A DNA stretch of 64,000 nucleotides, taken from the NCBI GenBank assembly GCA_965238275.1, contig OZ250186.1, positions 1,952,001 through 2,016,000 on the forward strand, read 5' to 3'. Position numbers and translations under genes: made by a program. The number at the start of each line of letters is the position of its first letter. The first letter of the stretch is position 1. The stretch comes from Nitrosopumilus sp. (lineage in GTDB: Archaea > Thermoproteota > Nitrososphaeria > Nitrososphaerales > Nitrosopumilaceae). Below are positions 1-9,404 of the stretch, one piece after another. The notes under the pieces are model-generated. The model was not told the origin of the DNA and ran no database searches. It worked only from the letters and a program-made list of their open reading frames with translations.

Positions 1-70
1 CCCCACTGTCGGTGCTACCGTGAGTTACTTCTGGGAAGACTAGGGTTTGAAGAAAATTTAAAAGAAACAA

Positions 71-265
71 ATGACAATTACATTCATGAGCAATAATGAT
101 GATTTGGACAAAGCCAGACAAGTCGCGAATGACATGATAAACACGCTAGAAGAAGCAGACCAAGCCTTGGAGAATGCAGAAACCATTGAAGAAGCAAGAC
201 AAATTTGCGGTGAAATAGAGTCCGATGCACGAAACCTACAGAATGAATTGCCAGACACTGCATAG
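71..265 (+). CDS. small acidic helical/coiled-coil hypothetical protein
   Basis: 64-aa ORF, E/D/A-rich, TTTAAAA box just upstream, directly followed by a second ORF. Confidence 0.6.
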   Translation: MTITFMSNNDDLDKARQVANDMINTLEEADQALENAETIEEARQICGEIESDARNLQNELPDTA

Positions 266-267
266 AA

Positions 268-855
268 TTGGCCAACGAAAAAGACACTATAGAACAGATA
301 CGTGCAAAAATACGCGAGTATGTTGGAAAATTAACGGAACTGCTGTCTGGCGGACCGCGCAATCCGGAAGAGATTGCGTATTTCATCAATCAGGTTGCAG
401 AATTGCTAAACGTTGGCTGGGTTTTTCGGTGGTTTACCTTGAACTACAAACGGATGCTGGATGTGGCAGGCTTGTCGTTTTGCATCGCCGGCATCATGTT
501 GTTGATGTTTGGCAATGATTTCACGGTTCCAAATGTTGTCTGGCTTTCAGTGCTTGTCTTCACTACGGCTGGCTGGGGCGTTTTCCTCCTGATGTTTCCC
601 GGCCCGGCTTCCTTTGGAACGAAGCCAAAGACCAAAATCGACGCCGCGTGGTGCCTGGCGTTCATGGCGTGGATGGCGTTTGTTGCGCTTGGCGTTACGG
701 CAGCAGCGATACAGACGGCAAACCGCGGATTCGCTGATCCTGCCGGTTATGTCGTGGTGGCTGCTGCTGTATTGGCCACTTACAGGGTGGCAGTGCCTAG
801 AATGGTATTTGGGGCCAACGCCGCATCGATTTTACGCGGAAGATCCATCAAATAG
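268..855 (+). CDS. hypothetical membrane protein (about 4 TM)
   Basis: 195-aa ORF starting 2 nt after the upstream stop, with several hydrophobic segments. Confidence 0.6.
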   Translation: MANEKDTIEQIRAKIREYVGKLTELLSGGPRNPEEIAYFINQVAELLNVGWVFRWFTLNYKRMLDVAGLSFCIAGIMLLMFGNDFTVPNVVWLSVLVFTTAGWGVFLLMFPGPASFGTKPKTKIDAAWCLAFMAWMAFVALGVTAAAIQTANRGFADPAGYVVVAAAVLATYRVAVPRMVFGANAASILRGRSIK

Positions 856-869
856 CTGGCACTACAGGC

Positions 870-1068
870 GGCTCTGGAACTTTTAGTGATCTGATCACCA
901 AAATTTAACACCAAGGTTCAGATGCCGTTCATCTCACTTTTGAACAGACTTTTGGAATGCACCACACCTGAACACCATGATGAAATATAGTGAAATCAAA
1001 TCTGGAGAAGAACCAAAAACGCACTTTTGAACAGTAAACATTCGAGATCACCAAAATTTAACAGAGCC
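870..1068. mobile_element. non-autonomous IS6-like miniature element (MITE)
   Basis: Ends GGCTCTGGAACTTTTAGTGATC and GATCACCAAAATTTAACAGAGCC. 870-910 is the reverse complement of most of the 47-bp unit at 34442 and 35643. Internal 13-bp direct repeat CACTTTTGAACAG at 935 and 1022. No TSD. Confidence 0.75.
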
Positions 1069-1230
1069 TGATTTGGGAAAAACACACAAAGAGTTAACAG
1101 AGTGCATCCACGCAAAGGTAACAAGCCCTGACGCCCATGTGCCTATGAGGATAATTCACAAATCCGCCTGCCGCCTGCATGTGGCACCAAATACACAAAA
1201 CGCCATGAAAAACCCCATGCAACAAATCCA

Positions 1231-2106
1231 TTACAGATCCCGAAACTTTACCATGTTGTAAAAGTACGACGCGTTTGTCTGGATGGATCCCCTGCGTGGA
1301 ATCTTCTGCAGTCCGACGTTCTTTGAGTCGAGTGCCGCCTGGGCGGCGCCCCCGGCAAAGCAGAGTGCCCACAAAAAGTCCCTCTCCCTGAGCATGGTAC
1401 AGCAGAATGCCGCACAAAAGATGTCGCCAATGCCGGTCGTGTCGTGAATGCGCTTGCTTGGGATGGTAATGGAGTATATCTTGTCCTCCACCAGAAGCGA
1501 GACTTCTGTCTTGTCTGTCAGCAGGACGTATTTGGCTCCCTTCTTCTGGAGCGCCCTCATCATGTCTGTGCCGGTTCCCCCGTCAACCATGCATCTGGCC
1601 TCGTCAGGATTGACCTTGATGGCGTCGACTCCGGACAGGTCAAGATCCGTACCCTCTAGTATTATGCGGTTTTGCGGATCCGTCCCCCTTAGAAACCCCT
1701 GTGGATCAACAAGAAGAAAGCTAGAGTCGCCCTTGATTCCCTCAAAGACATCGTCGGATATCTCGTGAAATATCGGGCTCACTATGTGCCCGTCTGCATC
1801 CGTCTTAGAGTACGGTATCGGCTCGCACCGGTTTTCAAGCACGAGCGTCCTGTCTGCCCCGTCAATGGCGATGGCAAACCTGGTGGTTCCCCTGTCAGAT
1901 TCGCATCCTGTGTGGCTTATCTTGTTCTCTGCGAGGTACTGGCTTGGAAAGTCTGCGCCGAACCTTGTATGCAAGTCTACATCAAACTTGAACTGCCTGG
2001 CAGTAATCCCGCAGTAGCATGCAGGGCCGCCAATCTGTTTATACCTTTCCCCGCCGATTGTGATCGTGTCTATTGCGCAGTGGGCAAAGATGGACAGCTT
2101 CACCAT
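1231..2106 (-). CDS. PfkB-family carbohydrate kinase
   Basis: GG motif near the N-terminus and C-terminal DTTGIGDIF PfkB signature. Confidence 0.9.
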   Translation of the reverse strand: MVKLSIFAHCAIDTITIGGERYKQIGGPACYCGITARQFKFDVDLHTRFGADFPSQYLAENKISHTGCESDRGTTRFAIAIDGADRTLVLENRCEPIPYSKTDADGHIVSPIFHEISDDVFEGIKGDSSFLLVDPQGFLRGTDPQNRIILEGTDLDLSGVDAIKVNPDEARCMVDGGTGTDMMRALQKKGAKYVLLTDKTEVSLLVEDKIYSITIPSKRIHDTTGIGDIFCAAFCCTMLRERDFLWALCFAGGAAQAALDSKNVGLQKIPRRGSIQTNASYFYNMVKFRDL

Positions 2107-2393
2107 CTACACAGTCATGATATGGGATTTAGTTTTTTGCATTTTCCTTTTCGCAACAGTCCCTGCAGATGATTTTTCTCTTTAGTACCACCAAATCCAT
2201 TCCCGAGCGTAGGCATTCATGACACAGACCGCGCATTACATATCACCTATAATTACGCCATCCATGCTTAAAAGATGCTACTGCGGCGCGACGCAAAAGT
2301 CCATTCAAAACAAAAGAAAGCGGTAGTGCGTGGGGTCATGGCGGTTCGGGACCCGTCAATACAAGGAAAAGATTTTTCTGCCCGGCCTCTGGA

Positions 2394-2981
2394 TTGCCCG
2401 TATTGAGAACCGCCCTTCTGGCACTTGTTGTACTGTTTCTTGTACTGGTTCCGTTGTCCGTGTGGCTGACAGAGGGATCTGGCAGCGTAGACGGGATCCC
2501 GACAGGCGGCCCTGTTGTCTTGGGAGTCACAATCGCGTTATCCATAATGTCGTGGTCGGCCTTTTCGTGGACATCCAAGAGATTCAGCCTTTCTGGAGTC
2601 CTGCTCTGCGTAATTACGGGTGCGTCCCTTGTGCTCCCGTTCCTCAGTGTTCTTGGGCCGTTTGCCGGGATCATCGTGGGGATTGTCGCGGGATTTTCGG
2701 CCTCGCGGCTGCAAAGAAGGATGGAGGATCCCTCGCAGAATCGACAGTTGAAGCTGGCCGTCATGACGCTTGTTGCAGCATATATTGGCTTAACGGCAGT
2801 TGCCTTGGGAGCGTCTAGTCCGCACATCTGGGACACCGGCGATGGCATCGGCGCATGGACAGGCACTCCGGAAGGAATGGAGCAGCAGGTTCTTCCGTTC
2901 GACCTTGTTGGGCTTGTCCCGCTTTTGGCGTCTGCCACGTCCTTGGGGGCAACCGTACTGCTAATCCGGGTCCGGAAGTGA
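2394..2981 (+). CDS. membrane protein with partial ammonium-transporter-like helices
   Basis: Multiple TM segments; ITGASLVLP...GPFAGIIVGIVAG resembles Amt C-terminal helices; too short for a full Amt; start uncertain. Confidence 0.5.
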   Translation: MPVLRTALLALVVLFLVLVPLSVWLTEGSGSVDGIPTGGPVVLGVTIALSIMSWSAFSWTSKRFSLSGVLLCVITGASLVLPFLSVLGPFAGIIVGIVAGFSASRLQRRMEDPSQNRQLKLAVMTLVAAYIGLTAVALGASSPHIWDTGDGIGAWTGTPEGMEQQVLPFDLVGLVPLLASATSLGATVLLIRVRK

Positions 2982-3238
2982 GGCCTGGAAGTATTCTGTC
3001 CGGGACGGAACCATTTTTTTGTACAGTTCTCATCAAATACGACAACCGGTTCACGCCAGTCGTCCTGCATGCGCATTTCCCAGACACGGCCAGGCATCCG
3101 AGCATGGCGTACGATATCTGCACAGACTTTTGCGTGCCGCTGTGATTAGGTCCGGTGGCGTGTGGCATGTGGCAGGCAGGAAGAGACCATACCTGCACAC
3201 ATTCTCAAGTATAAATAGCGTCTATTCCATGCCCTGTT

Positions 3239-3451
3239 ATGGGAGTAATATCCAAAGGTGCAAAGTGCAATGTGGACGGGTGTGACCTGGATGGTGCGCG
3301 ATCCATTAACACGCTGCGGGTGCAGAGTGCGGGGCTTCGCGTAAGCTCTGCCGGGAAGAAGGCCGTGTTGTGCAAGGAGCACTACAAGGAATGGAAGAAG
3401 GAGTCAAAGGATGATCGTGACCTTGAGCGCGCCAGGTATGACAGATTTTAG
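3239..3451 (+). CDS. conserved thaumarchaeal small Cys/His zinc-binding protein
   Basis: 70 aa with CxxxxC...CxxH; TATA-like TATAAATA ~25 nt upstream. Confidence 0.8.
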   Translation: MGVISKGAKCNVDGCDLDGARSINTLRVQSAGLRVSSAGKKAVLCKEHYKEWKKESKDDRDLERARYDRF

Positions 3452-3528
3452 CCTGTCTGTGTTCTTGATGTGATGGGAATTAATTCCGCCTTGATTTGGC
3501 CAATGATGCCATTCCCAACCGACGCCTG

Positions 3529-4706
3529 CTATGCATTCTTGTGTGAGTCTTTTGAGATCTTTTTACGGACGGGATTATCAAAGTAGTCCCTGCTGAGCCT
3601 GTCATACATGCTGCCTATCCTTTTGTACAGCCTTTTTGGCTTCCTTGGCTTCTGGCCGCTAAGCACGTACAGTGCCAGAATGGGAAACGCGATGGTCACA
3701 TCAGCATACACTGTCACCATTCCCTGGTGCGCGTCCTGAACCTTGCCCCAGCTCTTTCCCTCCTGCAGCGTGGCACCTGACAGCCCTCCCGTGTCGGGCC
3801 GTGCGTCTGTAATCTGAATGATGTAGTCCTGTCCCCCGTCGTCTCTTCTGAGTATCTGGTCAAGCAGCGGTCCTGTCTGCTGGGCCGTGTTCTTTGGGAC
3901 CCCTCCCCCCAGTTCCAGAATGCCTGACTTTTCAGAGTCGTACAGGAGTTGGCCGCGCGCGCCTCCCTACACTGTCACCATTCCCTGGTGCGCGTCCTGA
4001 ACCTTTGCTGCCTGCTCGATTATCTCCCTTACAAAATCCAGGTTGTACCTCTTGTCTCTTAGACGGTGGACGGCCAGGTTGAGGGCCAGCGAAGAGTCCT
4101 TTATGGTGGATATGTACACTTTTCAGAGTCGTACAGGATTGCTGCCACGTCGTACTCGTATGCTGCCGTGACAAAGCTCTTCTCGGGATGTTTTGCGTTC
4201 TCTGCACTGATCCTTCCCATCATGTTGCAAAACTCTGCAGTCGTAAACGGCCTGTCCGTCATGCCTGCCCCGATCTTTTGGATTATCTGATCCTCTGCCT
4301 CCAGCGTCTCATAAAACTTGATAAACACGTCCCTGATCCTGACGATCTCGTTTTGATACAGCCTCATATCGTCCACCTGGGAGCTTCCCTGCTTCACCGG
4401 CAGCCCCCACGCAAAATGATCCTCGTGGTATACGTTGGCGCCCGTGGTAATTATCCAGTCTACAAACCCCCTCTCAATGAGCGTCTTTATTATTCCCCCG
4501 AATCCGACCGGCGTCAAGGCCCCTGACACTGTAAGGCAGATGGTCGCATCCTCCTGGATCATCCGGGCATACAGCTTTGCAGCCTCCCCAAGCTTCCTTC
4601 CGTTGAACCCCGAACCCTCAAAGACGTCCACCAGATCCCCTATGCCCATGCCGGGCTCAAGCTTGATGTGCGGTATGTCTTTTCCATGAAACTCGTGCGG
4701 GTTCAC
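3529..4706 (-). pseudogene. deoxyhypusine-synthase-like (homospermidine synthesis type) gene disrupted by two templated insertions
   Basis: DHS motifs in order: TVSGALTP, ITTGAN, then in shifted frames YISTIKDSS, GGGVPKN, DTGGLSGATLQEGKSWGKV and YADVTIAFP. Insertions at 3948-4004 (in-frame stop) and ~4119-4145 (frameshift). Confidence 0.85.
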
Positions 4707-4852
4707 ATCTGAAAAATAATCTGTACTGTAATAATACTTGCTGGTTGGAGGACTCGCTTGGGTTCAGAGGCGTGCCGGGATCCGGTTGCGTGCGTCGGCC
4801 CATGCCAGACTACTACTTGGTTTGCATCTGAATGCGGCATCCCAAATTGGGC

Positions 4853-5302
4853 TCAGAACATGATATAGTCAAGGGCAGACGCATCACTGATCAGTCTTGT
4901 GTGCCTGGTGCCCAGAACGTAGCCGTTTTTGATATCAACCACCGGAATCCATCGGTTGGTGGATGTGTAGTGCCTCTTTTCTGCAAGCTCGCGCTCTATT
5001 GCCTCTATGTTAAACTCGCCCTCCTCCACCTCCTGCGTGGTAAGGTGCTTGATTGTGATTAGAATCTTGGTAACCTTTACCCTGTCTCCAAACTTCCATC
5101 TTGAGGTCGGTATCTCGTCGGAGACCTCCAGAACCTTGATCTTCATCTGTTTCTTTCCAAACGCGTCGTGGCTGACCAGCGTCTTTTCATCCGTAAACTC
5201 TTCAAAACTGATCCTGGAGTTTACCTCTGCATCAGATATTGTATCCAGCAACGATTTTGAGTCTAATCCGGGGGGAGATGCATCGGACTCGTTATCACTC
5301 AT
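4853..5302 (-). CDS. conserved thaumarchaeal hypothetical protein
   Basis: Soluble ORF with host-like codon usage. Confidence 0.75.
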   Translation of the reverse strand: MSDNESDASPPGLDSKSLLDTISDAEVNSRISFEEFTDEKTLVSHDAFGKKQMKIKVLEVSDEIPTSRWKFGDRVKVTKILITIKHLTTQEVEEGEFNIEAIERELAEKRHYTSTNRWIPVVDIKNGYVLGTRHTRLISDASALDYIMF

Positions 5303-5761
5303 GGGTTGAATCCACATTCATCATTAAAAACGGTTTGCAAACCTAGTGGCACTACCCCCATGGCAGATATTGGAATGCGGACTAGGCATGCAGCATGTAT
5401 CGAATGCGTGTTGTACCCCACTTTGAGCTGGAACCATTAATAACGTAGAATCATATACAATACATGGGGAGTGACACAGCTGAAGAGTGAATACGAGTAC
5501 GTAATGTCCATAAGCGATAAACTGGGTAAGTATCTGGGAGATTGGATGTCTGTAGTTGATGAGGATATATACCAGCAATGAAAAATTCATATCAAAATCG
5601 CTCATAAATTTTTGATGCAACAGCCGTCTCTGGAAATTACGAGGTGCGTTGAATTCCCAAATGACGAGAAAAGACGCCCCGAACATTAGACATTGCATGC
5701 TCTGGTGCGCCGTGCATGGCACACGCTAGGCGGCGTGGGTCCGGTGCGGTTTGATGTCGTT

Positions 5762-6883
5762 CTAGATGGCCCTGTACAGAAAGTTTTCAACGACCAGATT
5801 CGGTTTTTTGTACCTCGTGTACCTGGTGATCGCCTCGCGGAGCATGCTCAGGCTGGTGTACGGCACGTCAAGCACTGCCCGTTTGAGATCCCTCCAGTAC
5901 GTCTCTATGGCGCTCAGGTCCGGGGTCGCAGTTGGCAGGAAGACTATCTCCAGGCCGTCTGTGCCATCAAGCAGTTTGCGTATGTTTGATGCCCTGTGCT
6001 GGGAGGCCTTGTCCATGATCAGGCAGATCTTCTTGAACCTGTACATCGCCTGCCTTAGAAAGTCCTCAAAGGTGTCCTTGGTAAACGCGTCGTACTGCCG
6101 GAACATGCCCCTGCCGTCCGTGGTGATTAGTCCATGGATTATCGTCTTGGAGTGTGAGCCGGTGTACGTGAAAAACGCCCGTATTCGTAACTGTTCGGTT
6201 TCCCGAAGTCACCTCATGATCTAGGCACGAATCTATCATGGAACGACCGTTTTTATCGGCAAAACGTGATTTTTTCGTGCCTGTGGTTGGTTTTACTTCG
6301 GGAAACCGATCAGTTACCCGTATTCCCTTCCTGGTGTAGCCGCGTCTTCGCGGCCGCGCATCGGAGATTACTATGGACTCGTCCTGTATCGCTACGACTG
6401 TTCCTTCACTGTTCTTTTTTTTATAAGCTCTGGCATCTCTTTTTGGAATTTCCTGATCTCCTCGTCAGGCGCCCTTCTTGCATGTTTTCCTACTGGAACC
6501 TTCTGGGAATAGCCCCACCCGCGCAGTATCTGGCGCACATATCCGAGTTCGTACCTTACTCCGGTCTTCTGTTGGATGTATTGCTGCATCTCCATGCCCG
6601 TCCAGACAGGTTTCCTGCATGCGGCCTTTCTGATCTTCTTCATGTCTGCCTTGCTCGCCTTGGTCGGCCTGCCGGAACGCGGCATGTTTCCCAGCCTGTC
6701 AAATCCAACTTCCAGGTAGCGCTCGTGCCACTTGTAGCCCCACGAGGCTGACTTTCCCAGGGATTTTGCAGAATCCCTCATGGTTATCCCGTCACGTTTG
6801 ACTCTGATGATCAGCATCATGCGGTCCTTGGTATCGCAGTCTGTCTCAGCGGCGTATCTTTTCAACATCGTCTTGATCTTCAT
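5762..6883 (-). pseudogene. IS630 transposase: HTH ORF A plus DDE ORF B, joined by a -1 shift at A8 and interrupted
   Basis: ORF A 6392-6883 has the RSGRP HTH linker. A8 run at 6415-6422 leads into VVAIQDES, then IMDKASQH and PDLSAIETYW. 131-bp insert at 6187-6317. Confidence 0.85.
6187..6317. mobile_element. 131-bp IS66-type MITE
   Basis: 23-bp TIR GTAACTGTTCGGTTTCCCGAAGT / ACTTCGGGAAACCGATCAGTTAC; perfect 8-bp TSD CCGTATTC (6179-6186, 6318-6325). Confidence 0.92.
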
Positions 6884-7490
6884 TGACTATGCTACGTGAA
6901 ATAAGCATAATTTCACATGGAGTTAAAATATTTTACAATCACATCAATTTTTCATCTTTGGTATAGTTGCCGCTGGGCAGGATGCAAAAGCAGTATATGA
7001 TAAAGCTAGGAAGAAGTATCTTGGCCGAACTCCATTTGTCATGAAGATTCCCAAAGAAACAGTAATGCTGCTTTAGCCTGGATTTCAATGCCCGCTGCAT
7101 ACCAAAGACGATCGACAATCACCATTCGCTACATTAATCATCGTGATCCCGGTGGCGCACAATAAAAACTCCCAATATACATTTCTCAAAATCCTACGCA
7201 ATTTATAAAATTATAATTTTTAAAAACTGTCCGTAGATTGAACTCAAGATTTGTTAGAATGGATCTATTGCATGACGGCGACTATAAAATACGGTATGTC
7301 TGCTGTTTTATGTGGGCATGATTGTTTTATGCGCGATTTATTTAGTATCCCATATTGGCAGATTGTGAATGGGTTCATACTGGTATAATTATGACCACTA
7401 TGCCAGTTCACAATCATCAATTCCAAGTTATGATGATTTTTGTTCTTTGCTGTTTTTTTGGATATGGTGTTGGCAGTACACAAGACCATC

Positions 7491-8036
7491 CTATTCTGCG
7501 GCAAACGGCATTTTGTAATCCTTCAGGGTAATCTCCTCCCGCAGGCTGCCTGTACCTGCAAACGTCCTGCCGTCATAGCTGCATGTGCAGCTGGTGACGT
7601 CCCTGGACTCGTCCCACACCTTGTAAAACTCCCGCAGTTTTCTGCCCTCATATCTTCCAAGGCCCACCCTCTTCTTTGAGAGGAACTTGAAGGCAAGCAC
7701 CACCTTTCTCTTCCTGTATATCTCGAATATGTCCATCCACTCCATGCACCGCATTATCTGCTCTGCGGGGACGGGAAGGGACATGGTGGTTCCTGACTTT
7801 GCCTCTATCACGAGCATGGTTCTTTTGGATGTGCTGACTGCCAGCACGTCTGGCAGTCTGATGCTAGGCGATCCCAGCCGAAACGCCTTCCAGTCATGCG
7901 TGCTGTTGAACCTCCTGACCAGGGTATCCTCCCACGCATACCCTCTCTGCCTGCGTATCCTGGATGCCGCTATGTTGTTGCTGTTGGATGCCTCCCTTGG
8001 AATCTCCTCTGTCCGTGCCACCACAATAGCATCCAA
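7491..8036 (-). CDS. Hjc-like Holliday junction resolvase / PD-(D/E)xK nuclease
   Basis: GYAWEDTL...PDVLAVS...IEAK motif. Confidence 0.8.
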   Translation of the reverse strand: MDAIVVARTEEIPREASNSNNIAASRIRRQRGYAWEDTLVRRFNSTHDWKAFRLGSPSIRLPDVLAVSTSKRTMLVIEAKSGTTMSLPVPAEQIMRCMEWMDIFEIYRKRKVVLAFKFLSKKRVGLGRYEGRKLREFYKVWDESRDVTSCTCSYDGRTFAGTGSLREEITLKDYKMPFAAE

Positions 8037-8152
8037 TCCAGTGCGATATATGTTAAGACAGCCGTCTGCTGACGATGGTGCATTACCGGATTTGTCCTGT
8101 GGTCTGACTGCTTCCCTCCCTCCGGAGTTCTCCTGCTCCTTCAGACAGAATC

Positions 8153-8195
8153 CTGCTGCTGCTGCTGCTGCTGCTGCTACTGCTACTGCTGCTGC
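8153..8195. repeat. (CTG)n trinucleotide tract, intergenic
   Basis: About 14 CTG/CTA units between divergent genes. Confidence 0.9.
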
Positions 8196-8238
8196 CTGTA
8201 CGCAGTGAGTTTATCAAACCCATGCGCCTCATCTGATC

Positions 8239-9081
8239 ATGCTTGATGGAATGGTCAGGGACCTGGCCATGATAAAACAAGAGTTTGCGAGAAGTTATGA
8301 CCGGGGCGCGCACATACAGGAGGTGCTTCCGGCATCGGCATCTGACAGGTTTCCGATTGACGAGGATCACGTGAGGCTCCTGCACGGCTTTGCCCAAAAG
8401 AACCCCATCTACACCGGCTCATACGAGCAGACCTTCGCGGGGGTTCGGTGCCGCATCTACGAGGGCGACATCAACGAGTACTGGCTGAACAGCATAAAGC
8501 ACGGTTCCAGCTGCCAGCCGTTCTACCCCACGTGGATGGTATCGGCGTATCTGATGGCGCTGACTGCACGGGATATGGGATACGGCCACCTGGTGGACAT
8601 AGGATCCGGCGACGGCCGCATAGCATTCTGTGGGAAGATACTGGGGCTTGGGGCGCGCAGCATTGAGATTGATCAGACGCTGGTGGACCTGCAGGAGACG
8701 ATTGCGGATGCCACCTGCCAGAACTTCAATCCGGAATGTGCAGACGCATTAGAGTACGACTACTCCGGGCTGGACATGGATCGTCCGGCCTTCTTTATCG
8801 GCGGGCTTCCTCAGATGGGGGGAGACATTCTGGCAGCCAGCATAGTCGAGAAGATCAGCGGCATGCCGCAGCTCAAAAGGAGCGCGGGACTGGTCCTTGC
8901 AGGGACCCACTCCAAGAGGCACCTCTCGGGAAACATCAAAAACGGGGGCTGGAACCCCCTTCTTGACAGGTATGGGCTGGAAGTGGTGGATACAGTCTCC
9001 CTGCCCACCGTCTGGACATTCGACCAGGCATCTGACACGCCCTACATCTACGCCCGGTTCAGGGATACGGTACAGTCCTGA
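8239..9081 (+). CDS. class I SAM-dependent methyltransferase-like conserved protein
   Basis: LVDIGSGDGR motif I. Confidence 0.8.
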   Translation: MLDGMVRDLAMIKQEFARSYDRGAHIQEVLPASASDRFPIDEDHVRLLHGFAQKNPIYTGSYEQTFAGVRCRIYEGDINEYWLNSIKHGSSCQPFYPTWMVSAYLMALTARDMGYGHLVDIGSGDGRIAFCGKILGLGARSIEIDQTLVDLQETIADATCQNFNPECADALEYDYSGLDMDRPAFFIGGLPQMGGDILAASIVEKISGMPQLKRSAGLVLAGTHSKRHLSGNIKNGGWNPLLDRYGLEVVDTVSLPTVWTFDQASDTPYIYARFRDTVQS

Positions 9082-9089
9082 TGAGTATC

Positions 9090-9404
9090 CTATTCCACGT
9101 GGAACCTGTAGTCTCCTTCTGATGCTACGGCGCACCGCCGCATCCGGACTGCCTGGCCCACCCTTGGCGCCTGTGAAATCTCTGCCATTACCCTTACGGC
9201 GCCACCCTCAAACTCCACCATGCAAAAGTACCTGCCGCCCTGTCCGGAGTATTCAAGGATTCTGCCCTCAAAGCTGCCCCTTCTAAGCGACACGGGACCC
9301 ATGCACCGGCTGCAAATCTCGGATGCAGGCCAGACCACCCTTCTGCACGCGGCGCATTCGGGGATGCAGAACCTGCCCCGTGCCAGCTCGGACCGGAAGC
9401 TCAT
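9090..9404 (-). CDS. DUF35-type Zn-ribbon/OB-fold protein (thiolase partner)
   Basis: CxxC...P...CxxC; overlaps the thiolase stop. Confidence 0.85.
   Translation of the reverse strand: MSFRSELARGRFCIPECAACRRVVWPASEICSRCMGPVSLRRGSFEGRILEYSGQGGRYFCMVEFEGGAVRVMAEISQAPRVGQAVRMRRCAVASEGDYRFHVE

Larger units (their letters stand above)
5570..6963 (-). mobile_element. IS630-family insertion sequence, inactivated by a MITE
   Basis: TIRs TACCAGCAATGAAAAATT and (rc) TACCAAAGATGAAAAATT, flanked by TA on both sides. Confidence 0.85.

Noticed and set aside
2394-2981. Functional ammonium transporter
   Set aside because: Far too short, with only partial helix resemblance.
3927-4145. DGR template/variable repeats or introns in the DHS-like gene
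   Set aside because: The copies are exact with no adenine-specific changes, there is no reverse transcriptase in the window, and the second insert replaces native bases so splicing would not restore the gene.
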